Positions 35,540 to 47,029 of a stretch of DNA of 64,000 bases are shown one piece after another. The stretch is from Mobula hypostoma. Its lineage: Eukaryota. The DNA lies in assembly GCF_963921235.1 (NCBI RefSeq), contig NC_086109.1, positions 21,454,001 through 21,518,000 on the forward strand, in the 5' to 3' direction. The notes beneath the pieces are model-generated. The model was given only the letters and a program-made list of their open reading frames with translations. It was not told where the DNA came from and made no database searches. Position numbers and translations under genes: made by a program. The stretch's first letter is position 1, and every line of letters begins with the position of its first letter.

Positions 35540-37700
35540 ACTGGTGATGAAGATAGGATGGAAGTGAACCGAAGATGCCTAAATTTAGATGCCTAACAGT
35601 ATTAGACCTGTGCTAATACTATTTTTTGTGACAGTATGTGCTATCGTAACTATATGCACTGCGTGTTGTGTGTGACTGTATATACTGTATTTTGCACCTT
35701 GGCCCCAGAGGAATAATCTTACTATATACGTGTGCAAGGTTGCATATCAATTAAATTTGGGCTTTAACTTGAACTTGAGGAAGTACAATGATTCAGGAAC
35801 AGTTTCTTTTTTCAGGTTCACTGTTCCTTTTTGGCACTATTTGTTTTTGTAATTCATATTCATTTTATGTCTTAGAAATGTACTGCTGCCGCCAAGTAAG
35901 ACATTTCATATCTTCTAAGTTAATGATAATAAATTTGATTCTCGTCTCTGAAAACTTGCAATTAATCACACTAAATTCCATGTAATATGATGTGGCTCCA
36001 GTTCAGACACAACCATATTAGATACACTTTGCAGAATAATTTTATCTTGGCGCCTTGAAATAGAAATCTTCAAACTTAAGCTAGGAACCATTGGTCAGGC
36101 AAGAACATTAATGGTTATATAACCATGTGATGCATTTGCTTTGAAAGTGTAATTTTGAATTCTCCTGAATTGAGCAGAACAACAGAGTACATTCATAACT
36201 CAGCGTTACACTTTTGAGAATGCATATAAAATTACCAGGTTGATGAGGCAGCTTTCAAAAGCACAAAAAGTCACATCATCAGTGTTAATGGGTTCTATGG
36301 GCAAACAGCGGCAATAATGGTGAGATACTAATACAAAGCTCTGGACATGTGAATGAGTTTGGTTCAAAAAGCAAAACTGCTGGGCAGAGTTGCTACCACT
36401 ATAGTGGAAATCATCCAGCACAATTGGACCGGTTTAGAGTCGTGAGAAGTGTCAGCTCCAAAACCAAAGGGCATGTAGCTTCTTTGTGTAAAACTAGACC
36501 CAGGATTACAAGGCAGGGCAATGAAGGCACCAGTGTCTTTACTTACATAGGAAAGTTTTTAAAAAGACTTTTTCAGGAACAGTTGTTGCCCTACAACCAT
36601 CAGGCTCCTGGATGACTTCTCTTGTCTCAGAGCTGAACTGATTCTACAGCCTGTAGACTCACTTTCAGGGACTCTGCCTTTGTTATGAATGTTGTTTTCA
36701 TGGATTTTATTGCATTTCTTCATTTTCCTGAGGGTACCTACAAGAAAATGTATCTCAGTGTTGTACTGAATAGGGTATACATATTTTCATATTAAATTTA
36801 CTTTGAACTTTGAAGTTAAAGAGTTTCAGACTGACAAACTTCTACAGATGTGCTATTGAAAATATCTTATATTTATACTTTATACTAGTTAAATCATGAT
36901 CTGGTAAAAAATTTGAATGTACAGGAACGTAAGAAGCTACAGGGAGTTGTGGATTCAGACCAATACACCACAGGCACATTGCTACCCACTATCAGCAGTA
37001 TCTACAGGAGGTGCTGCTTCAAGAAGGCATTATCCATCATCAAAGATCCCCTGCATCCTGGCTGTTCCATCTTCTCACAGCTACCATTGAGCAAGAGGTG
37101 CAGGTTCCACCACCAGGTACAGCTACTTCTCTTCAACCATTTTGTTCTTGAATTGACCTGCACAACCCTAATCACTGCAGTTTAGCGATATAACCACTTT
37201 GATCACTTTGCACTGAAGTAGACCTTGTTTTTGTTTGCTTTAATGGCGTTCTTTCTTTTAAGAAAAAGGACATAACGTATGTTTGATTTATTTTTCCTTG
37301 TGAAAACTGCTTATATGATGGTATGTGCCTGTGATGCTGTTGCAAGTAAGTTTTTCGTTGCCCTTTATTGCACCTGCACAGAAATGCATTTGTGTATCTG
37401 AAAACCAACTCAACTTTGATCATCCAAATAGATTCTCAGTGTAAGGGTCATTCTGATAACTGAAAGACACAAAAGGAAGACATGTATGATACTGAAGCTG
37501 ATGAGGCATGTGAAGAGCAAAGAATAGACAGCAAAAATGCCATTGGCAGCAATAATGTAAAATGCACCACTTTTAAACTAAAAATGAAAGTTAATGATCA
37601 GAATATTGATAGAAACTTTGATACTGCTGCTGACTGTTTGATATTGGGAAAAGATATGGAAGTTCAGCAAATGTAATATGCTGAATGTAATGCAACCTGC
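35540..37700 (+). pseudogene. Ancient Gypsy (Mag-like) relic: PBS, gag zinc knuckles and protease, with nested Rex fragments
   Basis: TGGTGATGAAGATAGGAT at 35542-35559 resembles a tRNA-Ser PBS; ORF 36349 SCYHYSGNHP...KTKGHVASLCK; ORF 37482 MKVNDQNIDRNFDTAADCLILG (DTG-like protease). Confidence 0.5.
36830..37420 (+). mobile_element. Rex1-like LINE 3' part
   Basis: ORF 36913..37185 ERKKLQGVVD...IIKDPLHPG..IFSQLP. Confidence 0.8.
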
Positions 37701-38139
37701 TGAAACTGCAGATGCTCTCTGGCAAGGCTCTGAACATCTTAGATCAGATGTAAAGGATAATTTCATGGTCAAAAATTATGCTCCCTTTGTCCCTGTCTTA
37801 AGTAGGAAGCCCTTCATTTTGAATCACTTGCCCCATAGTTCTACCTAAGAGGAAACATTCTCTCCTCAGCCACTGTGTCAGGATCCCTCGAGATCTTATT
37901 TGATTCAGTTAGGTTCCTACTCATTCTTCAAAACACCCGTGGATGTAACCTAGTCTATCTAAATATTCTTTACAAGGCAAACTTCTCTAGACTGATTTCA
38001 AAGCAGGGACATCCTTCCTTAAATAAGGATCCTAATGTAGTATTCCAGATCCAGCTTCACCTATACCCAAAATAATTAAAATTTAACCTCTCTGCTTTTG
38101 TATTGCCCTATCATTGAGCAATAACATTCTAACGATCAA

Positions 38140-39170
38140 ATTTTGAATTGGCAGGTGCTGGAAACCTTCAGTAAAAACAGAAACATGAGTCACGAAGCAT
38201 CTGCGGAAAAAGAAGTAAAGTTGTGTTTCAGAAATGAGACTCCTCATCAGAACTAGGAAAGATAGGAATCAAGTTGGTATTAAGTTGGAGTGGAGTTCTG
38301 TTGGATGGGAAAATGGAATAGAGTACTTACAGGATGCAGGGTAGAACAAAGAATATTTGAGATAGCTGTGAGAGCCTGTAAGCTTGTAGTGGACAATTGT
38401 TACTAGCCTATCCCCTGACACAGAGACTGAGATATTCAGAAAGATTGAAGTGCCAAAACTAACACTAATATTATGTACCAAAAACAGATATATGGATGGA
38501 GGTCTAGTGGGATTAAAACAAAAATTGTTTCATGTAAGCCAAAGATAAAACTGGCATGCTCTGGGCTCTTACTAGTTCCCATTGCAATTCCTATGACCTG
38601 CAAAAAGTGAGTGGAGTAGAAGGTAAAGTTGTTCAGCCAGGTCAACAAGCAAGGGAACTGGCTGGCCCCTGTTCAAGAACTGAATGGAGAAGCCTTAGAC
38701 CATCCAGGTATGCATTTGAGGTGTAGAAGGATTGTACAACCATCATAAAGGTGGGACCATGGAACTGGAAACTGTCAACAAGGTGGAGGACATCAGAGGT
38801 ATAATGGATGTAACTGGAGAAGGCGTAGATCAGAGGAGAAAGAATAGAGTCAAGGTAGGAGGAAATCAGTTTAGTGGGGCAAGAGGAGGCTGAAACAATA
38901 AGCCTGTTGGGACATGTGCTTCATGTGGATCCTTGATCGTGCAAAGCTGGATCATCACAGTGTTGGAGGTTGTGGTGGAAAAACCTCCTGCAGAATTGTA
39001 AATATAGATCAAAATGTAAATATAGAGGAAAAAAAACTGCAGATGTTGGAAATCTGAAATAAAAACAGGGAATGCTGGAAATATACAGTAGGTTAGGCAA
39101 CATCTATGGAAAGAGATACAGAATTAATTTTTCAGGTTAAAACCCTTTCATCAAAATTGGGAAGGAGAGA
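38140..39170 (-). mobile_element. Old Penelope element (RT fragment plus pLTR pieces)
   Basis: ORF 38436..38648(-) NNFTF...FLQVIGIAMGT..SP (PLE RT motif); hammerhead-like CTGATGAGGAG...GAAAC on the minus strand near 38225-38255. Confidence 0.7.
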
Positions 39171-39409
39171 AAAGAGAGCAGGATCAAATTACAGGTACTG
39201 TATATGGACAAAATGAATATCTCTGTTAACTTTCTGATCACTTAAAGTACCTGAATATGAGCCTTTGGCGAATGATATATTGGGGTACTCAGATCCTTCT
39301 GTACCTCAGAGCTCACTACTTCAATATTATGCCTTTTTTCAAATTCCTGTGCCAAACTGTTTTCCTACATTATCTGTCATTTGCCAGACTTTTGCCCACT
39401 CACTTCATC

Positions 39410-40170
39410 CACATATAGAACGTACAACATAAATCAATACAGTGCAATATAGGCCCTTCAGCCCATCAAGTTGTGCCATCCTTTAACCTACTGCAAGGTA
39501 AATCTAACCCTTTCCTCCCACATAGCCCTCCATTATTTTTCATCTGGGTGCCTATCTATGAGTCTTTTAGATAGGCACATGGATGAAAGAAAAATGGAAG
39601 ACTATGTGAGAGGGAAAAGTTAGATTTATCTAACTCTACCACTGACCCCAATGAACTCAATACTCTCTGTGTAACAAATCTGCCTCTGACATACTCCTAT
39701 AGTTTTCTCCAATCTCCCTAAAATTATGTCTTCTCATATTAGCCATTGCTGCCCTGGGCAAAAAGTGCTGGCTGTCCACTCTGTCTATGCTTCTTATCTT
39801 CTTATACACCTCCAACAAATCACTTCAAAGCCTGAGCTCCCTCAACAATTCTTCATAAGATGCACTGTCTAATCCATGCAACTTCTTGACAATTCTCCTC
39901 TGCACCTTCTCTTAAGCTTCCACATCCTTCCAATAATTAGGCAACCAGAACTAAACACAATATGCAAAGTGTTGTTTAATGAAGTTTCACAGAGCTGGAA
40001 CATTACCTCATGTCTCTTGAACGCAATTCCCAACTAATGAAGCCAACTCACCATACTTCTTCTTAAACCCTATCAATGTTCACAGCAACTTTGACGGATC
40101 TATGGACTTGGACTGTAAGATTCCTCTGTTCCTCCACACTGCCAAGAATCCTGAGCTTGTATTCTGTCTT
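39410..40170 (-). mobile_element. CR1 3' part with an internal fold-back
   Basis: Reverse complement of a 14500-15210-type CR1; inverted duplication at 39497-39630. Confidence 0.75.
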
Positions 40171-41199
40171 CAAATTTGCCACATCTTCCTTTTTGACATG
40201 TCATTTCTTTTTCACCTCACGAAATCTTTACCTTACTACCAATCACTTTTATCATCAGCAAACTTAGCAACCATACCTTGAGTGCCTCCTCTGAGTAACT
40301 TATGTAAGTTGTGCAAAGTTGAGCCTCAACACCATTCCTTCCGACAAATACTTGTATTTCCAATTATATGGAGCCTTCTCCCAAATTGAGGGAATTCTAT
40401 AAAGATGAAAGCAATGCATCAACTCTCTCATTAGCCACTTCGTTTTACACCCTAGGATGAAGTCTATCAGGACTTAGAAACTCCTGACCCACAGTTCTGA
40501 TCAGCTGCTCCAGGCCACTTCTTCGGTGATTTCAATTTTTTTGTGTTTCTCCCTCTCTTGCACTTTTTAAACTACAAATATATCTGGGGTGTTCCTTGAA
40601 CTCTCTAAAGTGAAAACTGTTGCAAGACAACGAACTATTTAATTCATCTGCCATCTCCTTGTTTTCCATTATTGATTCCCAAGCTAATGTTATAGCAAGA
40701 TTGGCTCAAAGAATTAAACTTGGATTGGCAGACTGTATTTAGTCTGAACACTTTGCAACTAATGTATAGATATGCTTTGAGAGCAATATGAAGATAGTTG
40801 AAAAATCTGGCCTTAAGAGCATAAAACACATTAAAGCAAATGTCAAGCGGATTTACTGGAAGTGTAGATTAGCACCTTTTATAAAGAAGTCTCACATTGA
40901 GGAGATGAACGTACTGGAGCAATGAACGATGCTGGTCAAAACACCACAGAATATTTAAGTGATACCCGATGTTATGGTGCCCAGGGCAGGTAAGACTGAC
41001 CAATCATGTACATATTCTAAGATAATGCTGACTCTTTGGGTGGTGAGATTGGCTTTGCTTAAGGACATTTTTGGGTCCCACAAATGTAGTCTGGTCAGCA
41101 TAGGTCAGGAATTCTTGTCTCACGTCTTCAGCAAGTCATATCTTCTTGGGGCTCTGCTGGGCAAAATCAACCAAGATGGCTTTGGAAGCAGCCAACTGA

Positions 41200-41200
<1 letters not shown>

Positions 41201-41245
<45 letters not shown>
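41201..41245. repeat. (TAGA)n microsatellite
   Basis: About 11 perfect units. Confidence 0.95.
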
Positions 41246-41247
<2 letters not shown>

Positions 41248-41926
41248 AGAGTAAAAAAAAATCATCCAGTTGTTTCAATGGCTGTGTTCCTTTTCAGAGA
41301 TCTCTGTACATGCCTAATGCTTTCATGAACTGCATGCTCATTATGACTCCAAGTCATATGACCGTCAACTGCCCTAGCCAAAGAACTTGGGAGTGAGATG
41401 TTTGAACACCAACCAACTAGAGAGTGCCCAGATGGAATGGTTTCAGTGCATCCTTTCACTTGATCAGCTGCTGAATGATTTTGACTTATGAGCTGGATGC
41501 AGGAATTTCCCTTGGGACCTTGGTTCCTCAGTAAGTATCGATAAAATGTTCTTTGTGGTTGGGCAATTTCCCATACAGACATAATCTACAGATGGAAGCT
41601 ATGATTATTATTTTTTGAGATAATTTTACACAGACAGAACAATTGATTGCATCAAAATCATCAGCTTGGCATGGTTGCCTTTGTTTGTTTCTGTGAGTGG
41701 CTGTGAGAACGCTGCTGACAGTGATGGTTCATGGGCAGTTCCTTTTTTAGCATACTGTATCGGACTGTCATCAAATATCCTGTCAAGGGCTGGTTCTGGA
41801 GTGTAGTGAATAGACGCTGAATGGAGAGAAGGCCTATAAGAATTGGAAAGACATTGTGATTTGCATATATCAAGTGAACAGCATGAAGGTTGAACCATTT
41901 TCTTACCCCATGCTACAGACTCTGTG

Positions 41927-42607
41927 TGTAGCCTCCTGGTAAGCCTCAGGCTCGCTCAGCTCACTTTCGTCTGGGGGAGCAGCCTTTGGCCCCACCAAAC
42001 TAGGTAATCAAGTTTGTGTAAATGCTGTGTGATGTCCCCACCCCGTCAAATAACAGACAGTACATCATATGTGATTAAATGATTACACTTTATAAGTATT
42101 TCTTGGTGATGGGTTAGTAGTAACAAATACAATAAAGGCGCCAAGTCAGTAACTCTCTCAGTTCTGTGCACAAATAATTCGTTGGAGCTCTTACAGAACC
42201 GGGTCTCCTTTTCCTCCAGTCGATGTCCTCCGAACTCCACTGACCCTCGAATGGGACCACCCTCGGTGGGTCAACCAGACGCTCCACACGAGTCGGTCCT
42301 CGTCTCCTCTCCCCGCCGAAGACCCTGGGCCTCGGACTCCCGCTCAGGGTCCGTTCTGTCGCCCAGCTTACAGCATCGCGTCTCCTCTCTCTGTCCCCAT
42401 CGCGCCTTCTTCCCAAAGCCCGCGAAAATAATAGCTTACAGACACACAAGAAAGAATAACATCTATCCCAATTGGTTAGCAAATGAATACAATTCTCGTT
42501 ATCAGTAATTATAACCCAAACAAGCCACTACCGTTAACTCAGCAGTTAACATCAGAGAAGCCATTTTATTAGCCTTAGCAGTAACATAAAAGAAGAAGCC
42601 CCTTACA
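41927..42607 (-). repeat. 3' LTR (681 bp)
   Basis: TGTAGCC...CCTTACA; adjacent to the PPT. Confidence 0.9.
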
Positions 42608-42620
42608 CTCTCCCCCCACC
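42608..42620 (-). promoter_or_regulatory. Polypurine tract
   Basis: GGTGGGGGGAGAG immediately before the 3' LTR on the minus strand. Confidence 0.85.
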
Positions 42621-42892
42621 AAATTTAATTATGTCCTCATGACTTCTAAATAACTCGCCAACCCTTCCTGCAGACACAAAAACCCAGTCCAGGTACAAAC
42701 AGTGACATTGCTCCCCAAACAGTAGACCTTACGCCCTCTTTCTCAGGCACCACATAAGCCAACCTATCTGGGAGTTTCCTAATCATCCAAGACCTCCGTA
42801 CTCCCTCACCGAAACCGTTCAGGCTCGGACACTACTGGGGATACCTCGGGTCTGCTTGCCAACTCCTCTCTCAATCTCTCACTCATGCCTCA

Positions 42893-43490
42893 CTACAACT
42901 CAGAGCCCTCTGTCTCAGGTTCTGGTTCCACCCTCTCTCCTTCCAAGGCCGGCTGTATCCCAAGCTGCATTTTGCTTCCAGTTGAACCAAACGCATTTTC
43001 CCCCACTTTCAGATAACTGGCAGCTATCACTACGGGGTAATTGACCCTGATAGTTCTAACACCGTCACCAGCCCGCCTACTCAAACTTTCAGCTAATCCT
43101 TGCTGCTCTCTTTCAACCAAGCACTGCCACTCATCTAATGACTCAGAGATCCGTTCTGCCCACGTCTCGTATGCCTCCACCCCCTTTAGGGGTGGACATT
43201 ATCCCAAAAACCAGGCGGAGCCTGCAATAGCTGGAACATTTATTCGCAGACACTACCTCCAAATCAGACCACTCTTTCCTCTCTCTCCTAACAGTACAGA
43301 TAGCCCATGGCCCCGCCTCAACTGGGGCACCAACAGACACTGGCAGTCCCACCACCATCTCATCAGCTCTAGTCTGAACTCAAACAAAGACCTCCGGGGT
43401 ACCAACAAACACCCCACTCAACATGCATGCAGTAATAATCAGCAATCCCACAGATGCCAACAGCTTTCCACCCTCGCAGCATGCATAATT
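42893..43490 (-). pseudogene. PNMA/Ma-like Gypsy gag remnant
   Basis: [16 protein letters not shown], then (frameshift) EAYETWAE...EW...[11 protein letters not shown]...A...VR...P...A..YL...ENAFG, matching the PNMA-family capsid pattern. Confidence 0.7.
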
Positions 43491-43525
43491 TAAACAGGAC
43501 GATCACACAGCTTCCACAGAATCCA

Positions 43526-43543
43526 ATCCCGGACGAGCCCCCA
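43526..43543 (-). promoter_or_regulatory. Primer binding site, tRNA-Pro
   Basis: TGGGGGCTCGTCCGGGAT, 3 nt downstream of the 5' LTR. Confidence 0.9.
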
Positions 43544-43546
43544 CAA

Positions 43547-44259
43547 TGTAGCCTCCTGGTAGGTCTTAGGCTCGTTCAGCTCAGCTTTCGTCTAGGGGGA
43601 GCAGCCTTCGGCCTCGCCAAACTGGGTAATCAAGTTTGTGTAAATGCTGTGTGATGTACCCCACCATGCCAAATAACAGACAGTACACCTAATGCGATTA
43701 AATGATTACACTTTATAAGTATTTCTTGGTGATGGGTTAGTAGAAACAAATACAATAAAGGTGCCAAGTCAGTAACTCTATCAGTTCTGTGCAAATATAA
43801 TTCGTTGGAGCTTTTACAGAACCGGGTCTCCCTTTCCTCCAGTCGATGTCCTCTGAACTCCGCCGACCCTTGAATGGGACCACCCTCGGTGGGTTGACCA
43901 AATGCTCTACATGAGTCGGTCCTCATCTCCTCTCCTCACCGAAGACCCTGGGCCTTGGACTCCCGCTCGGGGTCCGTTCCGTCGCCCAGCTTACAGCATC
44001 GCGTCTCCTCTCTCTGTCCCCATCACGCCTTCTTCCCAAAGCCCGCGAAAATAATAGCTTACAGACACACAGGAAAGAATAACATCTATCCCGATTGGTT
44101 AGCAAATGAATACAATTCTCGTTATCAGTAATTATAACCCAAACAAGCCACTACCGTTAACTCAGCAGTTAACATTATAGAGAAGCTATTTTATTATAAC
44201 ATAACAAAGAAGCCATTTTATTAGCCTTAGCAGTAACATAAAAGAAGAAACCCCTTACA
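43547..44259 (-). repeat. 5' LTR (713 bp)
   Basis: Copy of 41927-42607 with scattered substitutions and an extra ~30 bp near 44180-44210. Confidence 0.9.
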
Positions 44260-45251
44260 CTTTATTTTGTGGCTGCCTGTAAGGAGACGAATCTCAAGGT
44301 TGTATAACTTATACATACTTCAATAATAAATGTACTTTGAACTTTGAACTTAGGTCTTTACCAAGATAGACCTGGGACATACAAGGCACAATAAAGAAAA
44401 CCAACATTTATCTAATGCTCAACACTCATGTAGGGTGTTGCTCATATACCAGACTGCCTCATGATGAGAATTAGCATCCAAAATATCTCATGCACTGTAA
44501 ATGCGATGCTAAGAGAGTGTATAAGAGTTAGGGTTAAGGTTGTGGTGAATGGAGTGCAGAAGATGAAAGGAACTCACTGCATTACATTAAAAGCCAAAGA
44601 AGAACAAACCACAGTGACTGGGGAAGGAAGAATGGAAATAGTTTCAAGTTCAAGTTTATTATCATGGGCATACTTACTCAGGGTATAAATACCATGAAAT
44701 TAACATTTTGCTTCAGCAGTGCAGTACAAACATGACAAACATAAATTAACATAAACATAAGTTAACATGAATTATACATAACCTGCTCATCAAAATAAAC
44801 AGAACAACATTAGTGCAAGTTGAGAAAAATACTGTCCCAGATAGTATTAGGGATTTCTCAGGTGGGTTGAGTAATATGGTGGCAAAGGGGAAGAAGATGC
44901 AGTTGAACCTTGAGTTGTGTGTCTTTAGGTCCCTGGACCTCCTGTTTGAAAGCAGCAATGAGAAGTGGTCATAGCCAGATGGTGGGCACGGTCATGAAAT
45001 TAGTCAAGTAGTGGGTGTCTTATTGATCAATGTCACATTCACCCTTTGTAAATGTCCACAATGGCGCGGAGAGCTGTAAACACAATGGAAGTAGCTGAGT
45101 CCGCCACTTGTGTTCCGATGCATTGGAGTTTCTTACCAAGCAATGACTCAACCAAACAACAGGAATTCTGTAGATGCTGGAAATTCAAGCAACACACCTA
45201 ATAGTTGCTGGTGAACGCAGCAGGCCAGGCAGCATCTCTAGGAAGAGGTAC

Positions 45252-45287
45252 AGTCGACGTTTCAGGCTGAGACCCTTCGTCAGGACT
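45252..45287 (-). ncRNA. Minimal hammerhead ribozyme
   Basis: AGUC-CUGACGA-A-GGGU-CUCA-GCCU-GAAAC-GUC-GACU. Confidence 0.7.
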
Positions 45288-45578
45288 AACTGAAGGAAGA
45301 GTGAGTAAGGGATTTGAAAGTTGGAGGGGGAGGGGGAGATCCAAAATGATAGGAGAAGACAGGAGGGGGAGGGATGGAGCCAAGAGCTGGACAAGTGATA
45401 GGCAAAAGGGATACGAGAGGATCATGGGACAGGAGGTCCGGGAAGAAAGACAAGGGGGGGGACCCAGAGGATGGGCAAGGGGTATATTCAGAGGGATAGA
45501 GGGAGAAAAAGGAGAGTGAGAGAAAGAAAGTGTGTATAAAAATAAGAAACAGATGGGGTACGAGGGGGAGGTGGGGCA

Positions 45579-45905
45579 TTAGCGGAAGTTAGAGAAGTCG
45601 ATGTTCATGCCATCAGGTTGGAGGCTACCCAGACGGAATATAAGGTGTTGTTCCTCCAACCTGAGTGTGGCTTCATCTTTACAGTAGAGGAGGCCGTGGA
45701 TAGACATGTCAGAATGGGAATGGGATGTGGAATTAAAATGTGTGGCCACTGGGAGATCCTGCTTTCTCTGGTGGACAAAGCATAGGTGTTCAGCAAAGCG
45801 GTCTCCCAGTCTGCGTCGGGTCTCGCCAATATATAAAAGGCCACATCGGGAGCACCGGACGCCGTATATCACCCCAGCCGACTCACAGGTGAAGTGTTGC
45901 CTCAC
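45579..45905 (-). CDS. Penelope GIY-YIG endonuclease domain (C-terminus of truncated ORF)
   Basis: VIYGVRCSRCGLLYIGETRRRLGDRFAEH...HF...E...I..L.SL.PDGMN; open to the natural stop. Confidence 0.9.
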   Translation of the reverse strand: MRQHFTCESAGVIYGVRCSRCGLLYIGETRRRLGDRFAEHLCFVHQRKQDLPVATHFNSTSHSHSDMSIHGLLYCKDEATLRLEEQHLIFRLGSLQPDGMNIDFSNFR

Positions 45906-46286
45906 CTGGAAGGACTGTTTGGGGCCCTGAATGGTGGTAAGGGAGGAAGTGTAAGGGCATGTGTAGCACTTGTTCCGCTTACACGGATAAGTGCCAGGAG
46001 GGTTGGGGGGGACGAATGGACAAGGGAGTCATGTAGGGAGCGACTTTCTCTCACTCTCCTTTTTCTCCCTCTGTCCCTCTGAATATACCCCTTGCCCATC
46101 CTCTGGGTCCCCCACCTCCTTGTCTTTCTTCCGGGACCTCCTGTCCCATGATCCTCTCGTATCCCCTTTTGCCTATCACCTGTCCAGCTCTTGGCTCCAT
46201 CCCTCCCCCTCCTGTCTTCTCCTATCATTTTGGATCTCCCTCTCCCCCTCCAGCTTTCAAATCCCTTACTCACTCTTCCTTCAGTT

Positions 46287-46322
46287 AGTCCTGATGAAGG
46301 GTCTCGGCCTGAAACGTCGACT
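46287..46322 (+). ncRNA. Minimal hammerhead ribozyme (inverted pLTR copy)
   Basis: AGUC-CUGAUGA-A-GGGU-CUCG-GCCU-GAAAC-GUC-GACU; predicted cut after C46318. Confidence 0.72.
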
Positions 46323-46454
46323 GCACCTCTTCCTAGAGATGCTGCCTGGCCTGCTGCATTCACCAGCAACTTTTAAATGACTCAACCAACCAGAAGGCAT
46401 CTTCTGCACCATACATCTGCAGAAGCTTGTTAGTGTCTTCAATGAAATACTGAC

Positions 46455-46900
46455 TGCCTAGTTTGGGAGCATGTCTTGTGAAAATAGGTTGAGTGAACTT
46501 GGCCTTTTCTCCTTGGAGTGACGGAGGATGAAAGGTGACCTGATAGAGGTGTACAAGATGATGAGAAGCTTTGATTGTGTGGATAGTCTGAGGCTTTTTC
46601 CCAGGGCTGAAATGGCTAGCACGAGAGGGCACAGTTTTAAGGTGCTTGGAAGTAGGTAGAGAGGAGATGTCAGGGGTAAGTTTTTTACGCAGAGAGTGGT
46701 GAGAGCGTGGAATGGGCTGTCGGCAACAGTGTTGGAGGCAGAAACGATAGAGACTCCTGGATAGGTGCATGGAGCTTAGAAAAATAGAGGGCTTTGGGTA
46801 ACCCTAGGTAATTTCTAGGGTAAGGACACATTCAGCACAGCTTTGTGGGCCGAAGGGCCTGTATTGTGCTGTAGGTTTTCTATGTTTCTATGTTTCTATG
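46455..46900 (+). mobile_element. CR1 3' end inserted in a Rex1-like fragment
   Basis: RMKGDLIEVYKM motif; (TTTCTATG)3 tail; ATGAAAT on both sides. Confidence 0.85.
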
Positions 46901-47029
46901 AAATGCCAATACTTCTTAAGCATCCAAGGAAGTAGAGATTTTAGTGAGACTTCGTGATTCTATCTATGTGTTTGACACAGGACTGGTCCTCTGAGGTGTT
47001 AACACCCAGGAACTTGAAGTAGGGTTCCA

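Larger units (their letters stand above)
41927..44259 (-). mobile_element. Internally deleted Gypsy-type LTR retrotransposon
   Basis: Direct repeats TGT...ACA at 41927-42607 and 43547-44259; ~940 bp interior with PBS, gag remnant and PPT. Confidence 0.92.
45156..46375 (-). mobile_element. Young 5'-truncated Penelope element with inverted pLTR
   Basis: 3' pLTR 45156-45578, ORF end 45579-46043, inverted pLTR 46045-46375; 14 bp TSD AATGACTCAACCAA at 45142-45155 / 46376-46389. Confidence 0.95.

Noticed and set aside
41927..44259. Endogenous gammaretrovirus or domesticated PNMA gene
   Set aside because: The PBS alone does not define a retrovirus. The gag is Gypsy-like, frameshifted and still between LTRs, with no env or pol.
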